Virus record (IMG/VR): IMGVR_UViG_3300028558_000791 | Location: 1-64,000 of that record | Reading direction: 5' to 3' (one strand) | Length of the DNA stretch: 64,000 bases | Shown here: positions 19,873 to 29,132 of the stretch, in pieces | How positions within the stretch are numbered: position 1 is the stretch's first letter | Layout of the letters: each line of letters begins with the position of its first letter | Position numbers and translations under genes: made by a program | The notes under the pieces: model-generated | What the model saw: only the letters and a program-made list of their open reading frames with translations | Database searches by the model: none | Told to the model about the DNA's origin: nothing

Positions 19873-20109
19873 ATGTTTACTGTTTTGTTTATTATTGTAG
19901 CGGTACTTTTTGTACTCGCCTTAGTGTGGCTAGCTGTCAAGTTTTTTGGCAGCGGTAGTAGTTCTAGTTGGAGCAGTGGTAGCAGTAGCTACTCTAGCTG
20001 GGGCAGTTCCGATTCTAGTTCTTCCAGCAGCTCGTCTAGTTCCTCTTCGGACAGCGGCTCCTTCGGTGGTGGAGATTCCGGTGGTGGTGGCGCTTCAGGT
20101 GATTGGTGA
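19873..20109 (+). CDS. Single-TM Ser-rich mini-protein ending FGGGDSGGGGASGDW
   Basis: AAGGA RBS; TM plus Ser linker plus tail. Confidence 0.75.
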   Translation: MFTVLFIIVAVLFVLALVWLAVKFFGSGSSSSWSSGSSSYSSWGSSDSSSSSSSSSSSSDSGSFGGGDSGGGGASGDW

Positions 20110-20116
20110 TCATATC

Positions 20117-21382
20117 ATGAAAAAGTATCTCTCTATGTTGGTTGCCCTTGCGGTAACCCTGTTCGCTGTCAATAGTTTCGCTTGGGATCCTCCGGCATCT
20201 CCTGCTCCTAAGAGCTGGATTTCGGATAACTCTGGCGTTCTCTCGCCTGCTGCGCATGCCCGCTTGGATGCTAAGCTGAAGATGATTAACCAAAGCTCTG
20301 CTAATGAAGTTGCAGCGCTTGTTCTTCCGACCCTTGATGGGGCTGATATTGCCGATGTTGGCGATTTGACGGCCAAGTCATGGGGTGTTGGTAAGAAGGG
20401 ATTGGACAATGGTGTTCTCGTGGTTCTCGCCATGAAGGAACATAAGAGTCGAATCTCTACGGGTAAGGGTGTTGAGGGAGACCTCCCCGACCTGAAGACC
20501 AAGGATATTTTAGATGCTGCTCGCCCTTATCTTCGTAAGGGTGATGTAGAAGGTGCGCTTGGATTCATTTTCGATAGCGCTTCCAGTTCGATTGCAAACC
20601 ACAAAGCTGAAGCTCAAGCAGCCAAAGAAGCTGCTGCTAAGGCCGGGACTCAGAACCCTGTAACTACGACCACTACAACCACGACTACTGGTAGTACCAA
20701 GTCTGGTTGCTCTGCTTCTGGTGCAGGAGTTAGTGATGGTGGTGGCTTGATGTTACTGTTTGTTGGTGGTGCAGTTCTCTTAGTGTGGTATCTGGCTCGT
20801 CAACAGATGAAGCGCCGTGCGGCTGAAGAAGCTGAACGACTTGCCGCCGCTCAAAGAGCAGATGCTCGTAGGCGTCAAGTTGAGGAACGAGAAGCAGCCC
20901 GTAGGCGTGATGCAGAAAAGGCCCGACAGTTACACTTGAGCAAGCCGACTCCGGTTGTTCCAGTTCCTGAAGTTCCTCGTCCTGCTCCGCGCTCTGTTGC
21001 ACCCCCTCCTGTGGTTCACTACCCAGTGAATGCACCTGTTACTCATCACAAGCCTGTGACTCATCCAGTTGCTACTGTTGCAGTTGCTGCAACTGCTGTA
21101 ACGGCTGCCGCTGTTCTTGCTGAGCAAGAAGCTCGCCAGCATCGTGCTGAGGCCGATCGTCTTCGTCGTGAACGTGAAGAAGAGCGTAATCGTAGGCAGC
21201 GTGAACAGGATGAAGAAGACCGTAGGCGCCGACAGCGTGAACGAGATGAGGAAGATAGCCGTTCTTCCAGTAGTTCTTCTAGCTCCTTTGATTGGGGTGG
21301 AAGCTCTAGTGGTGGAGGTTCTGACTCTGGTGGCTTCGGTGGTGGTGATTCAGGCGGTGGTGGTTCTTCCGGCGACTGGTGA
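20117..21382 (+). CDS. TPM (TLP18.3/Psb32/MOLO-1; YgcG-like) domain membrane protein
   Basis: Signal peptide, WGVGKKGLDNGVL, GKGVEGDLPD, TM, Gly tail ...SSGDW. Confidence 0.88.
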   Translation: MKKYLSMLVALAVTLFAVNSFAWDPPASPAPKSWISDNSGVLSPAAHARLDAKLKMINQSSANEVAALVLPTLDGADIADVGDLTAKSWGVGKKGLDNGVLVVLAMKEHKSRISTGKGVEGDLPDLKTKDILDAARPYLRKGDVEGALGFIFDSASSSIANHKAEAQAAKEAAAKAGTQNPVTTTTTTTTTGSTKSGCSASGAGVSDGGGLMLLFVGGAVLLVWYLARQQMKRRAAEEAERLAAAQRADARRRQVEEREAARRRDAEKARQLHLSKPTPVVPVPEVPRPAPRSVAPPPVVHYPVNAPVTHHKPVTHPVATVAVAATAVTAAAVLAEQEARQHRAEADRLRREREEERNRRQREQDEEDRRRRQRERDEEDSRSSSSSSSSFDWGGSSSGGGSDSGGFGGGDSGGGGSSGDW

Positions 21383-21422
21383 AGCCGGGTAAGTGCAAAG
21401 CCATTAAATCGCGCGTGCCCCA

Positions 21423-21454
21423 GCAACCCCTAATCTTGACTGGTTAGGGGTTGC
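21423..21454 (+). terminator. Hairpin after LemA/TPM locus
   Basis: GCAACCCCTAA/TTAGGGGTTGC inverted repeat. Confidence 0.55.
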
Positions 21455-21457
21455 CTA

Positions 21458-21826
21458 ATGTTTTTAGGTTTATACCCACTAGATAATTTTGGCCCCAAGT
21501 CCCACAATAAGGTAGGAGACTTCTTTCAATACAGATACATTGTAGAAGACTCCGAGTTTACTGAGGAATGGATAGGGCTTTGTAAGCAACGTCTCAACTA
21601 TTCTGATGTTAGATGCGGTGCCGTTATCTCATGCTATGAAGCAAAGAAGGATAACGTCCCCTACCAGCTAGCTCTGTATCATAGATACATGATGGATACC
21701 CATAAATGGTATAAGCTGGAGGATGAGATTAGGTATAACATCGAGCATACTCCTATGTATGGTGAGTATGCGCCGCAAGTTCTTCATTATATGAAGCGTA
21801 TCAATAACCTCAAAGCATTTTGGTAA
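21458..21826 (+). CDS. Hypothetical phage protein
   Basis: C-terminal RINNLKAFW resembles RIIKLKAFL of 62016-62222. Confidence 0.55.
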   Translation: MFLGLYPLDNFGPKSHNKVGDFFQYRYIVEDSEFTEEWIGLCKQRLNYSDVRCGAVISCYEAKKDNVPYQLALYHRYMMDTHKWYKLEDEIRYNIEHTPMYGEYAPQVLHYMKRINNLKAFW

Positions 21827-21831
21827 TACAA

Positions 21832-22344
21832 ATGTCTCACGAACCCGCTAGAGATTCTCATTGTTCATACTGTGGAACCAGATTCACGGAGCAAAAGGAA
21901 TGGCCCCGCAAATGTTTCCGTTGCTACAATGATTCCTATAAGAATCCACTGCCTGTAGTGGTTACTCTCTTGAATGTTTGGGAGAATGGTAAGCTCGGTA
22001 CCCTCATTCAGCAGCGTAATCATGACCCCAAGAAGGGTGAGTGGGCATTTACTGGTGGTTACATTGACCAGGATGAGACCTGGCAAGAGGCTATCGTCCG
22101 TGAAGTACGAGAAGAACTTGGACTTGAAACATCTGTAGGTGATTATCTACTGTCTGATGTTGTATCTAATACAGATAAGTCTAACCTATTAGTATTCTCT
22201 ATTTGTCTTAAAGCATTTGATATGAAGGAAATACATTTCATTCCTAATGCCGAGGTAACTGCAATCCAAATTATTCATGAACCAATCGAGTTGGCGTTCC
22301 CAACCCATACAGAAATGTTGGCTTTGAGATTCGAGAAGAAGTAA
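21832..22344 (+). CDS. NUDIX hydrolase with N-terminal zinc ribbon
   Basis: CSYC/CFRC; GGYID...REVREELG. Confidence 0.9.
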   Translation: MSHEPARDSHCSYCGTRFTEQKEWPRKCFRCYNDSYKNPLPVVVTLLNVWENGKLGTLIQQRNHDPKKGEWAFTGGYIDQDETWQEAIVREVREELGLETSVGDYLLSDVVSNTDKSNLLVFSICLKAFDMKEIHFIPNAEVTAIQIIHEPIELAFPTHTEMLALRFEKK

Positions 22345-22670
22345 TGGCTAGTACACCTGATTCAGAAAAGACCGAACGAATAGGATGGCTTTGTGTCACT
22401 ATGATGATACTCGGCCTGTTCCTTATGATTACTAAGAGTAATGCCTGTGGCTCTGTTTTTGGCTCTTGTAATGCTCCTGCTAAGACTGAGGCTTGCAAGG
22501 ATGAGTTCTTTGAGATTGGTGATAATAGTCGATACGGCAATAACCATTCTTGTACTCCAGGCGCACGCGCTGAAGTAGTCTCCTCTCCTCCCGCACCTAA
22601 GCCTGGTATCATATGCCACTGTATAAATAAGGATCAGGACGGCCAGGCTACTCAGGACGCCGGCAAGTAA
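22344..22670 (+). CDS. Membrane-anchored Cys-rich protein
   Basis: TM plus several Cys; DAG motif. Confidence 0.5.
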   Translation: MASTPDSEKTERIGWLCVTMMILGLFLMITKSNACGSVFGSCNAPAKTEACKDEFFEIGDNSRYGNNHSCTPGARAEVVSSPPAPKPGIICHCINKDQDGQATQDAGK

Positions 22671-22780
22671 GTAATTTAATAGATTAGTTTACGGGCTTGA
22701 CAATTGATTTTATAGGGTTAAGTTTATAGGGAAGGCTCCCATTCAGTGCTCCGGCACTCGTAGAGTAAGGACGAAATAAA

Positions 22781-23896
22781 ATGTCGTGGTCTGATAAACT
22801 AAAAGAAGCTGGCGTTAGTATCCATGTTATTGCGACTGGTGGTGGTGCTGGTTTACAGCAACTACTTTGGCAAGTACCTGGTAGCTCTGCTTATTTATCA
22901 GGCGCTAGTTTTCCTTACTCCCCTGAAGAACAGAGAGAGTTGCTTGGTTTCATGCCTGAGCATTTTTCTTCTGAGGAGGCAGCTATCGACCTAGCATCTG
23001 AAGCTTATATGAAGGCTTACAAGTTTGGTGGTAAGAAGCCAGTTGGACTTGGGATTGCAGCTTCAGTTGCTTCTGAGAAAATTCATCGTGGAGATCATCG
23101 AGTTTTTGCATGTATCATTACTGAAGAGCAAGTCCGTACTTGCCAGTATACCCTAGAGAAAGGTGCGGGTTCTGAGGTTAGATTGTTGGATGGTGAGACC
23201 TGTGATGACATTGGCTTCCTGCTTCTTACTGAAGCCCTGGCTTTAGATGAGGTTGAATACACTCATCCAGACCATCCGTATCAAACAAAGCGTGCAGAGG
23301 ATAAGGCCAAGGCTCGTTTCTTTGAGCGACCTTTCTTTGCAGCCAACGGCCAGCGTTTGAGTACCATGCCAAACAACAAGCATGTGGCCTTGATGCCTGG
23401 TGCTTACAATCCTCCTCATGAGGGACATTTTGGTACCGCTCAACATGTGATGGATGAGTATGGTCGCACCGTAGTGTATGAGGTAACGGCCGAACCTCCT
23501 CATAAAGAAGCGCTTCCAGTGCAGCTTTTACTACAACGAGCCAAGCTATTGCACGGCCGTGATAGACTCTTTACTCGTAAGGAGCCTTTTTACATCGATA
23601 AGGCCCGAGCATTCCCAGGTATTCCTTTAGTTCTTGGGGCAGATGCAATGGTTCGCATGTTGGATCCAAAGTGGGGAATAGAATTAACTCCTCTATTCAA
23701 GGAGTTCAAGAAGCTTGACACCAAATTATTGGTGGCAGGGCGTACTATTGGTGACAAGTTTGTTACCTTAGATGATATCTCAAAGAATTTACGCCTACAA
23801 GATCCTCATGCGTGGGGACAAACTGTAGGGGTGATGCTTCCAATCAGTGGTAGGATTGATATTTCTTCTACCGAACTGAGGGGTAAGTTGGTATAA
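22781..23896 (+). CDS. CinA/PncC-like domain fused to HIGH-type nucleotidyltransferase (NMNAT-like)
   Basis: ATGGGAG...VPGSS N-domain; PGAYNPPHEGH, LGAD, ISSTELR. Confidence 0.75.
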   Translation: MSWSDKLKEAGVSIHVIATGGGAGLQQLLWQVPGSSAYLSGASFPYSPEEQRELLGFMPEHFSSEEAAIDLASEAYMKAYKFGGKKPVGLGIAASVASEKIHRGDHRVFACIITEEQVRTCQYTLEKGAGSEVRLLDGETCDDIGFLLLTEALALDEVEYTHPDHPYQTKRAEDKAKARFFERPFFAANGQRLSTMPNNKHVALMPGAYNPPHEGHFGTAQHVMDEYGRTVVYEVTAEPPHKEALPVQLLLQRAKLLHGRDRLFTRKEPFYIDKARAFPGIPLVLGADAMVRMLDPKWGIELTPLFKEFKKLDTKLLVAGRTIGDKFVTLDDISKNLRLQDPHAWGQTVGVMLPISGRIDISSTELRGKLV

Positions 23897-23902
23897 AGAT
23901 AT

Positions 23903-24016
23903 GGAGCGGTGGCGGAATGGCGTACGCGGGTGGGAAAGGATCGTGCATGGTCCTGATCACCTATTCCAAACTAATGCAACTAGTAGGAATTGCACGTTCA
24001 ACTCGTGCCCGCTCCA
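23903..24016 (+). ncRNA. tRNA-like RNA with extended anticodon arm and long variable arm
   Basis: GGAGCGG/CCGCTCC acceptor, D arm, GCACG-TTCAACT-CGTGC T arm; no 7-nt anticodon loop. Confidence 0.75.
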
Positions 24017-24022
24017 CAATAG

Positions 24023-24415
24023 GTGACTGATATGTATAGTGTAACTCGCCGTTCACACGAGCGCTACGGCTCCGTTATCCACATCGAGAGATCGGAGAAT
24101 GGGAGGCTAATGACACCCTTCCAAGCGGTTCAATCTGCAATGAAAGAACGAAGACTTTGGATAGAATCTGGAGTAAAGAAAGTTCGAATCTTAGTAGATG
24201 ACAAGGTAATGTCAACCAAACAGGCAGAACACTGGGCTCATGAAGAGTATATCTCATTACCTAAGTGTGAAGGATGCGCCAAGATTCTTGATGGAGATAT
24301 TCATACTCATCAATTATCGGGTACTAAGTTCTTCTGTTCAAAGGTTTGTGCTGACCGGGACTATATTGAAGAAGTAGAGAGGCTGAAAGATGAAGAAGAA
24401 ATCGACTACCTCTGA
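24023..24415 (+). CDS. Hypothetical protein with C-terminal zinc finger
   Basis: CEGC...FCSKVC. Confidence 0.55.
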   Translation: MTDMYSVTRRSHERYGSVIHIERSENGRLMTPFQAVQSAMKERRLWIESGVKKVRILVDDKVMSTKQAEHWAHEEYISLPKCEGCAKILDGDIHTHQLSGTKFFCSKVCADRDYIEEVERLKDEEEIDYL

Positions 24416-24704
24416 CCATCCGACTATTGGTATGGGGGCTACAATCCATATTGGATCAGACTCTCATCCAGCAACAGTTATTCAAGTTACCAATAATGGT
24501 AAGAGGGTTGTTGTTCAAGAAGATAATGCGACTAGGACAGATAGTAATGGTATGTCTGAGTCTCAAAGTTACACATACGAACCTGATCCAAATGGTGCTA
24601 CCTATATAGCCACTTTACGTAAGGATGGAAGGTACCGAATTACTGGCGGTAAGATGCCAATTTCTATTGGATTCCGCCGTAAATATTACGATTACTCGTT
24701 CTAA
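24390..24704 (+). CDS. Conserved phage protein
   Basis: GMGAT...SD.HP.TV...YYDYSF pattern. Confidence 0.6.
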   Translation: MKKKSTTSDHPTIGMGATIHIGSDSHPATVIQVTNNGKRVVVQEDNATRTDSNGMSESQSYTYEPDPNGATYIATLRKDGRYRITGGKMPISIGFRRKYYDYSF

Positions 24705-24725
24705 ACAAATAGCTGGGGATATATA

Positions 24726-24974
24726 ATGTTTGTGTATAAAGACTGCCTCGCTTTCAAGATACTTGATGAGGAAGTAAACATCATCTCGGATGAGACGGCG
24801 TATGGCAGAAACACAGTAGTGGAGATTGATAAAGTCTATCATTATATGGGTGATGAATTTCCTGGTGTTGCCGCAGCAATTTTTGCTTGGCAAGAAGTTA
24901 AAGGTCGCGACCTAACGAACGAGGAACTGCACCAGATAATGGAAGACAATAAGTTACTCTCCAAAGCTATCTAA
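24726..24974 (+). CDS. Hypothetical protein
   Basis: ORF after GATATATA motif. Confidence 0.55.
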   Translation: MFVYKDCLAFKILDEEVNIISDETAYGRNTVVEIDKVYHYMGDEFPGVAAAIFAWQEVKGRDLTNEELHQIMEDNKLLSKAI

Positions 24975-24991
24975 ACGTTTAGGAGAACAGA

Positions 24992-25222
24992 ATGCCAGTC
25001 AAGAAAGCCGCAGCCAAAAAGGTTGCTAAGAAGCCAGTAAAGAAAGTAGTTAAGAAGCCAGCTAAAAAGACAGTCAAGAAGGCCGTCAAAAAGCCAGTAA
25101 AGAAGACTGTCCGTAAGCCCAAGACATCTCGTGACCCTGATGTTGTGGTAACTCCTGTTGTAGATTCCTCAGGTGTTGTCACTATGAATCCAGTCCCAGA
25201 TGACCTTCTTAATAAAGGCTAA
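24992..25222 (+). CDS. Histone H1-like Lys-rich DNA-binding protein
   Basis: KKxx repeats; AGGAG RBS. Confidence 0.65.
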   Translation: MPVKKAAAKKVAKKPVKKVVKKPAKKTVKKAVKKPVKKTVRKPKTSRDPDVVVTPVVDSSGVVTMNPVPDDLLNKG

Positions 25223-25289
25223 TTCATTACACATCTATTAGAACGAATGCCCAAGCTAATCCCTTGGGCATTTCTATTTGTAGGATTCA

Positions 25290-25913
25290 ATGCTAGTATT
25301 ATCCTTGTGCAGGCAGTTGTGCCCCGATAAGATTCCATACTCCACTGACATTCGCCTTGGTGACGGAGCAGATGGTGAAGTATTCTCTATCACAGATGTG
25401 CCTGACAAGGTACTTAAGCTGGGTATCTTCTATGAGCGTCATGATAAAGGGTTCGAGAAGCACTATAAACAGATTCAAAAAGTCCTAGACTATTTGATTG
25501 TTTCTCGGCCAGCCGGGTACGCACGCGTGTATGAGCATGGATATCTAGGTACCTATACTAGGAAGGCCGAACACTGGCGTAGTGGTGAACAGAAGTTCAT
25601 CATCTATTATTACACGATGGAAAAGTTGAACAAAATTTCGGAGGATGAGAAGAAAGTATTTCATACAATTCTTTCACACGAAGATCGTGGAATTGAAAAG
25701 AATTTTTCTCCAGATAAAATTCGAGAAATGTTACGGGGTATGAGCCGGGGGCTTGACTTTGATGCGGAAAAGGTTATCTTATTCTGCAACAATATCAGGA
25801 CCGCGCCCGTCTCGCACCTGGACATACACGTTCGTAATATCATGAAGAATGATGCGGGCGATTTCAAACTGATCGATTTAGATCGCATAGAACTGGAGAG
25901 AACCGATGGGTAA
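25290..25913 (+). CDS. Protein-kinase-like fold protein
   Basis: LGDGADGEV Gly loop, VLK, HLDIHVRN catalytic loop, LID. Confidence 0.75.
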   Translation: MLVLSLCRQLCPDKIPYSTDIRLGDGADGEVFSITDVPDKVLKLGIFYERHDKGFEKHYKQIQKVLDYLIVSRPAGYARVYEHGYLGTYTRKAEHWRSGEQKFIIYYYTMEKLNKISEDEKKVFHTILSHEDRGIEKNFSPDKIREMLRGMSRGLDFDAEKVILFCNNIRTAPVSHLDIHVRNIMKNDAGDFKLIDLDRIELERTDG

Positions 25914-26190
25914 AAAAGTAGACCTAGATACCATCAAAAGGTTGATGGCTGAACTAGAATCAACGCTGGCAACAGCAGAAAACATTACTACCGATGTCAA
26001 GGCTGACAAGGTTGAGTTCGTTGTTGAAATGAACAAGGCCACTGGACTAGCGGCCGGTATCATGATGGAAGCAGGACTGTTGATGGGAGATATTCAGTAC
26101 CTGATTTCAGGAGGTGGAGCACCCGCTGGCAAGTCAGACTTCTTAGAGAAGCTTATGGCAGGTTTGAAGGGGCCGGGCAACACGAATTAA
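25906..26190 (+). CDS. Hypothetical protein
   Basis: GGAG RBS. Confidence 0.55.
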   Translation: MGKKVDLDTIKRLMAELESTLATAENITTDVKADKVEFVVEMNKATGLAAGIMMEAGLLMGDIQYLISGGGAPAGKSDFLEKLMAGLKGPGNTN

Positions 26191-26274
26191 AAACAATTCG
26201 AGGCCCTTGCCACGTCAAAGATTCGTGATTATTTTTGTAGAATTCCCTCTTAGAGGAAAATTAGGAGATTGAAA

Positions 26275-26571
26275 ATGTCTAATACTAACGTTCGTAATGC
26301 AGTGAGCCAAATCGCTCAACAGATCGAGAACCTTGCTCGTCAGGTTCAGGACAAGCTTGCTCAGGGTGGGGACCTCATTCCTGTCGCCAATGAGCTGGTT
26401 CGTAACAGCAGCACCTTCACTTTTGCTTTGGGTGAATTGTTTGCTTTGGAAGAGGGCGTCAAGACCAAGAGGGTCAAGACCACTGTGGTTAGCAACCCAA
26501 GCGGTACTGCCCAGGCCCGCCCCAACTATCATAACGTCCGAGACTCCTTGGGACGTTTCCGTAGGGTCTAA
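26275..26571 (+). CDS. Hypothetical protein with C-terminal RDxxGRF motif
   Basis: AGGAG RBS; VRDSLGRF. Confidence 0.55.
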   Translation: MSNTNVRNAVSQIAQQIENLARQVQDKLAQGGDLIPVANELVRNSSTFTFALGELFALEEGVKTKRVKTTVVSNPSGTAQARPNYHNVRDSLGRFRRV

Positions 26572-26820
26572 ATGAACCTCTACGATAAGATAGCTACTGC
26601 GTTGGCTGTGATTCCTGTCATCATCATGGTGACGTTAGCTAACGTTCTTATCGCTTCAGTCATGGCCGGCATGACTTTCATACAGCTTGTGGCTGTAGCC
26701 GGCTGGTCCAAGAACGTTTCTTTGGGGGTGGCTATCCTAGTAGCCATAGTTGTTCACGCATACATCGTGTTTCAACCAAAGATTAGGAAGTACATAGACA
26801 CGAGGAGTGGAAATATATGA
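26572..26820 (+). CDS. Small membrane protein
   Basis: 2-3 TM segments. Confidence 0.55.
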   Translation: MNLYDKIATALAVIPVIIMVTLANVLIASVMAGMTFIQLVAVAGWSKNVSLGVAILVAIVVHAYIVFQPKIRKYIDTRSGNI

Positions 26821-27269
26821 GTATTCCAGTACACATTCAAGCTTACTTAGATAGTAAAGTCACCATGTTTCAGATCGTTGATGAAGTTCTCAATGACTGG
26901 ACCGGAGATGGTTGCCTTCAGTTCCCCACTTTGATGGGAACGGTAACCGCCAAGATTGGTTGGTCAGGCGAAGAAGGCGAGAAACTTGCCCGAGCTAATG
27001 AACCAATCATTCGAGACTACGTGCGTAACCATCCGGATTGGTATGTTACTCGTGGCGCTCATGGTGGGATTATGAGGGCATCCGAAAAGCAGAAGAAGGA
27101 AGATGCTAAGGCCGCGAAGGATAAGGCTAAGGCGGAACTAGCCGCTGCCATTGAAGCAACCATTGCCCGTAAGAAGGCAGAGGCTGCTGCCGCATTGGCA
27201 CAGCAACCAGTTGTATCAACTCCTACTGTTGATGGCGACGAAGACAATACCAATATTGCATCCGAGTAA
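26817..27269 (+). CDS. Hypothetical protein (paralog of 58880-59203)
   Basis: Shared YVTRGxxGGI motif. Confidence 0.6.
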   Translation: MSIPVHIQAYLDSKVTMFQIVDEVLNDWTGDGCLQFPTLMGTVTAKIGWSGEEGEKLARANEPIIRDYVRNHPDWYVTRGAHGGIMRASEKQKKEDAKAAKDKAKAELAAAIEATIARKKAEAAAALAQQPVVSTPTVDGDEDNTNIASE

Positions 27270-27286
27270 ATCGGAACAGATGCATA

Positions 27287-27318
27287 AAAGGCAGATAGGA
27301 TGAAACTTATCTGCCTTT
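27287..27318 (+). terminator. Intrinsic terminator
   Basis: AAAGGCAGATA/TATCTGCCTTT hairpin. Confidence 0.6.
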
Positions 27319-27334
27319 CTAATTAGGGGTCCCA

Positions 27335-27949
27335 ATGAATTTTGACTTCACAGATTTCAAGAACTTTTTTACAGTAAAACATATTACTGTCGTATTGTTT
27401 GTGGCAGCGTGCCTGTTCCTCATCTGTTCTCCGCATTCAGATAATAGTTCCGTCGTAGCACAAACTTGTAGTGATGCCTCATGTCCCTACCCAAAGGTAG
27501 ATGGAGGTGCTACATTATCAGTTACCGTACTAACATCAGTCTCCGATGAGAACTGGTCAATAAATTTGGTTGGCGAAGGCTGGGAGAGAATGGAAGGTTC
27601 TCGGTCAGAATTCAAAATGGTTCAACGAAATGCCGACCAACAGTGCATGGTTCTTCTTATTAAAGAACCAACCGGCCATATGTCGTTTGGTCAGTATATA
27701 CTTGAATCTATTAAAGGCTTCAGTGAGGGTGGCGCCCAAGTCACTGCTATCAAACAGGTTTCATTAAATGAACAGAAGTTTGTTTTGATGGAAAGCCACG
27801 TTGAAGGTAGCGATGTATTGATGGCTTGGAATGGAATCAAAGATGGCTTTGGTTATAGTCTCAGTTGCTTCTACCATCCCGATGTTGATGCAGGTAGCAC
27901 CCAACACGATCTCTGTGTAGAGATTGCTGAATCGCTACAGATAAAGTAA
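27335..27949 (+). CDS. Exported/membrane-anchored protein
   Basis: N-terminal TM. Confidence 0.5.
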   Translation: MNFDFTDFKNFFTVKHITVVLFVAACLFLICSPHSDNSSVVAQTCSDASCPYPKVDGGATLSVTVLTSVSDENWSINLVGEGWERMEGSRSEFKMVQRNADQQCMVLLIKEPTGHMSFGQYILESIKGFSEGGAQVTAIKQVSLNEQKFVLMESHVEGSDVLMAWNGIKDGFGYSLSCFYHPDVDAGSTQHDLCVEIAESLQIK

Positions 27950-27951
27950 AG

Positions 27952-28239
27952 ATGATCATTGCAATAGATTATGATAACACCTACACTATGGATCCTAATC
28001 TCTGGAATAATTTCGTTACAACTGCCCTGGAAATAGGGCACACTGTTGTTTGTGTTACAGCCAGACCTGAGGTTATGGGGCAAGTTGTTCTAGATTCAAT
28101 TGGTAAATTAGTGCCAGTTGTATTTGCAGGCGGTGAATGGAAACGTGAGATAGCCTTGAAAAATGGCTATAAGGTTGACGTTTGGATTGATGATATGCCA
28201 GAATACATCGGACCACAGAATATCGTAGGTCATCGGTAA
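27952..28239 (+). CDS. Small HAD-family phosphatase
   Basis: IAIDYDNT, VTAR, K, WIDD. Confidence 0.75.
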   Translation: MIIAIDYDNTYTMDPNLWNNFVTTALEIGHTVVCVTARPEVMGQVVLDSIGKLVPVVFAGGEWKREIALKNGYKVDVWIDDMPEYIGPQNIVGHR

Positions 28240-29132
28240 TGGATAAAGTATTGCTTATTGACGCTCATAATGCTATGTGGCGTGCTAGCATTGCCTTCTC
28301 TCCAAAGAAGGCGGCTGCTCCAGTATCAGATGACGGTTGGGATATGCGTGGCGAACCTACCCCTCCTCAACCAGAAAAGAAAGAGATAGACGAAAGCTTC
28401 GTTCTCATCTTTAATTTCTTTCGCAACCTGCGCCCTATCATCGAGCAGTTTGCCCCCGACAAATGCTTTTTTGTATTAGAAGGTCATCCACAGTTTAGAT
28501 ATGATTTGTTTTCTGATTACAAAGCAAATCGTATTATTAAGCAGGCTGCTAGCAAAGACAAGCTAGATTCTTTTCTTAAAAACAAAGATGAGATTGTTAG
28601 GTTGATGCAGCACTTTCCTATCACAGTAGCCCGAGCTTCTAACTACGAAGCCGACGACCTTATTGGTACGCTCTGTGAGAACATGCGCGATGAAGACTTG
28701 ACTGTTCTGAGTAACGACTCAGATTACATTCAACTTCTACAGCGTGGGTATCCTCACTGTCAGGTCTACAATCCTATCAAAAAGGTTTTTATGGAAGCCC
28801 CGGCCTATCCATATGTAGCCTGGAAGTCTTTGAACGGGGATAAATCTGACAATATTCCATCTATCCTTAAGCCTAAGAAGGCGTTGGATACTGTAAATAG
28901 TCCAGAGCTTTTCAAAAAGTTTATGGAGATAGAAGAGAACCGCGCCAACTTTAGCGTCAACCGACAGCTAATTGAATTTCGTTCGGTTCCAGTGGAAGAA
29001 ATTCTTCTACACGAAGGTATCCGTAACTTCGATATAGTCAAACAAGAGTTTGCTAGAATGGATTTCCAATCCATAATTAACGATAAATCCTGGGCCAAAT
29101 ATACAAAAACGTTTGACTGTCTGAGGTATTGA
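28239..29132 (+). CDS. 5'-3' exonuclease / flap endonuclease (T4 RNase H, T5 D15-like)
   Basis: LLID, YKANR, YEADD, SNDSD, GDKSDNIP. Confidence 0.92.
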   Translation: MDKVLLIDAHNAMWRASIAFSPKKAAAPVSDDGWDMRGEPTPPQPEKKEIDESFVLIFNFFRNLRPIIEQFAPDKCFFVLEGHPQFRYDLFSDYKANRIIKQAASKDKLDSFLKNKDEIVRLMQHFPITVARASNYEADDLIGTLCENMRDEDLTVLSNDSDYIQLLQRGYPHCQVYNPIKKVFMEAPAYPYVAWKSLNGDKSDNIPSILKPKKALDTVNSPELFKKFMEIEENRANFSVNRQLIEFRSVPVEEILLHEGIRNFDIVKQEFARMDFQSIINDKSWAKYTKTFDCLRY

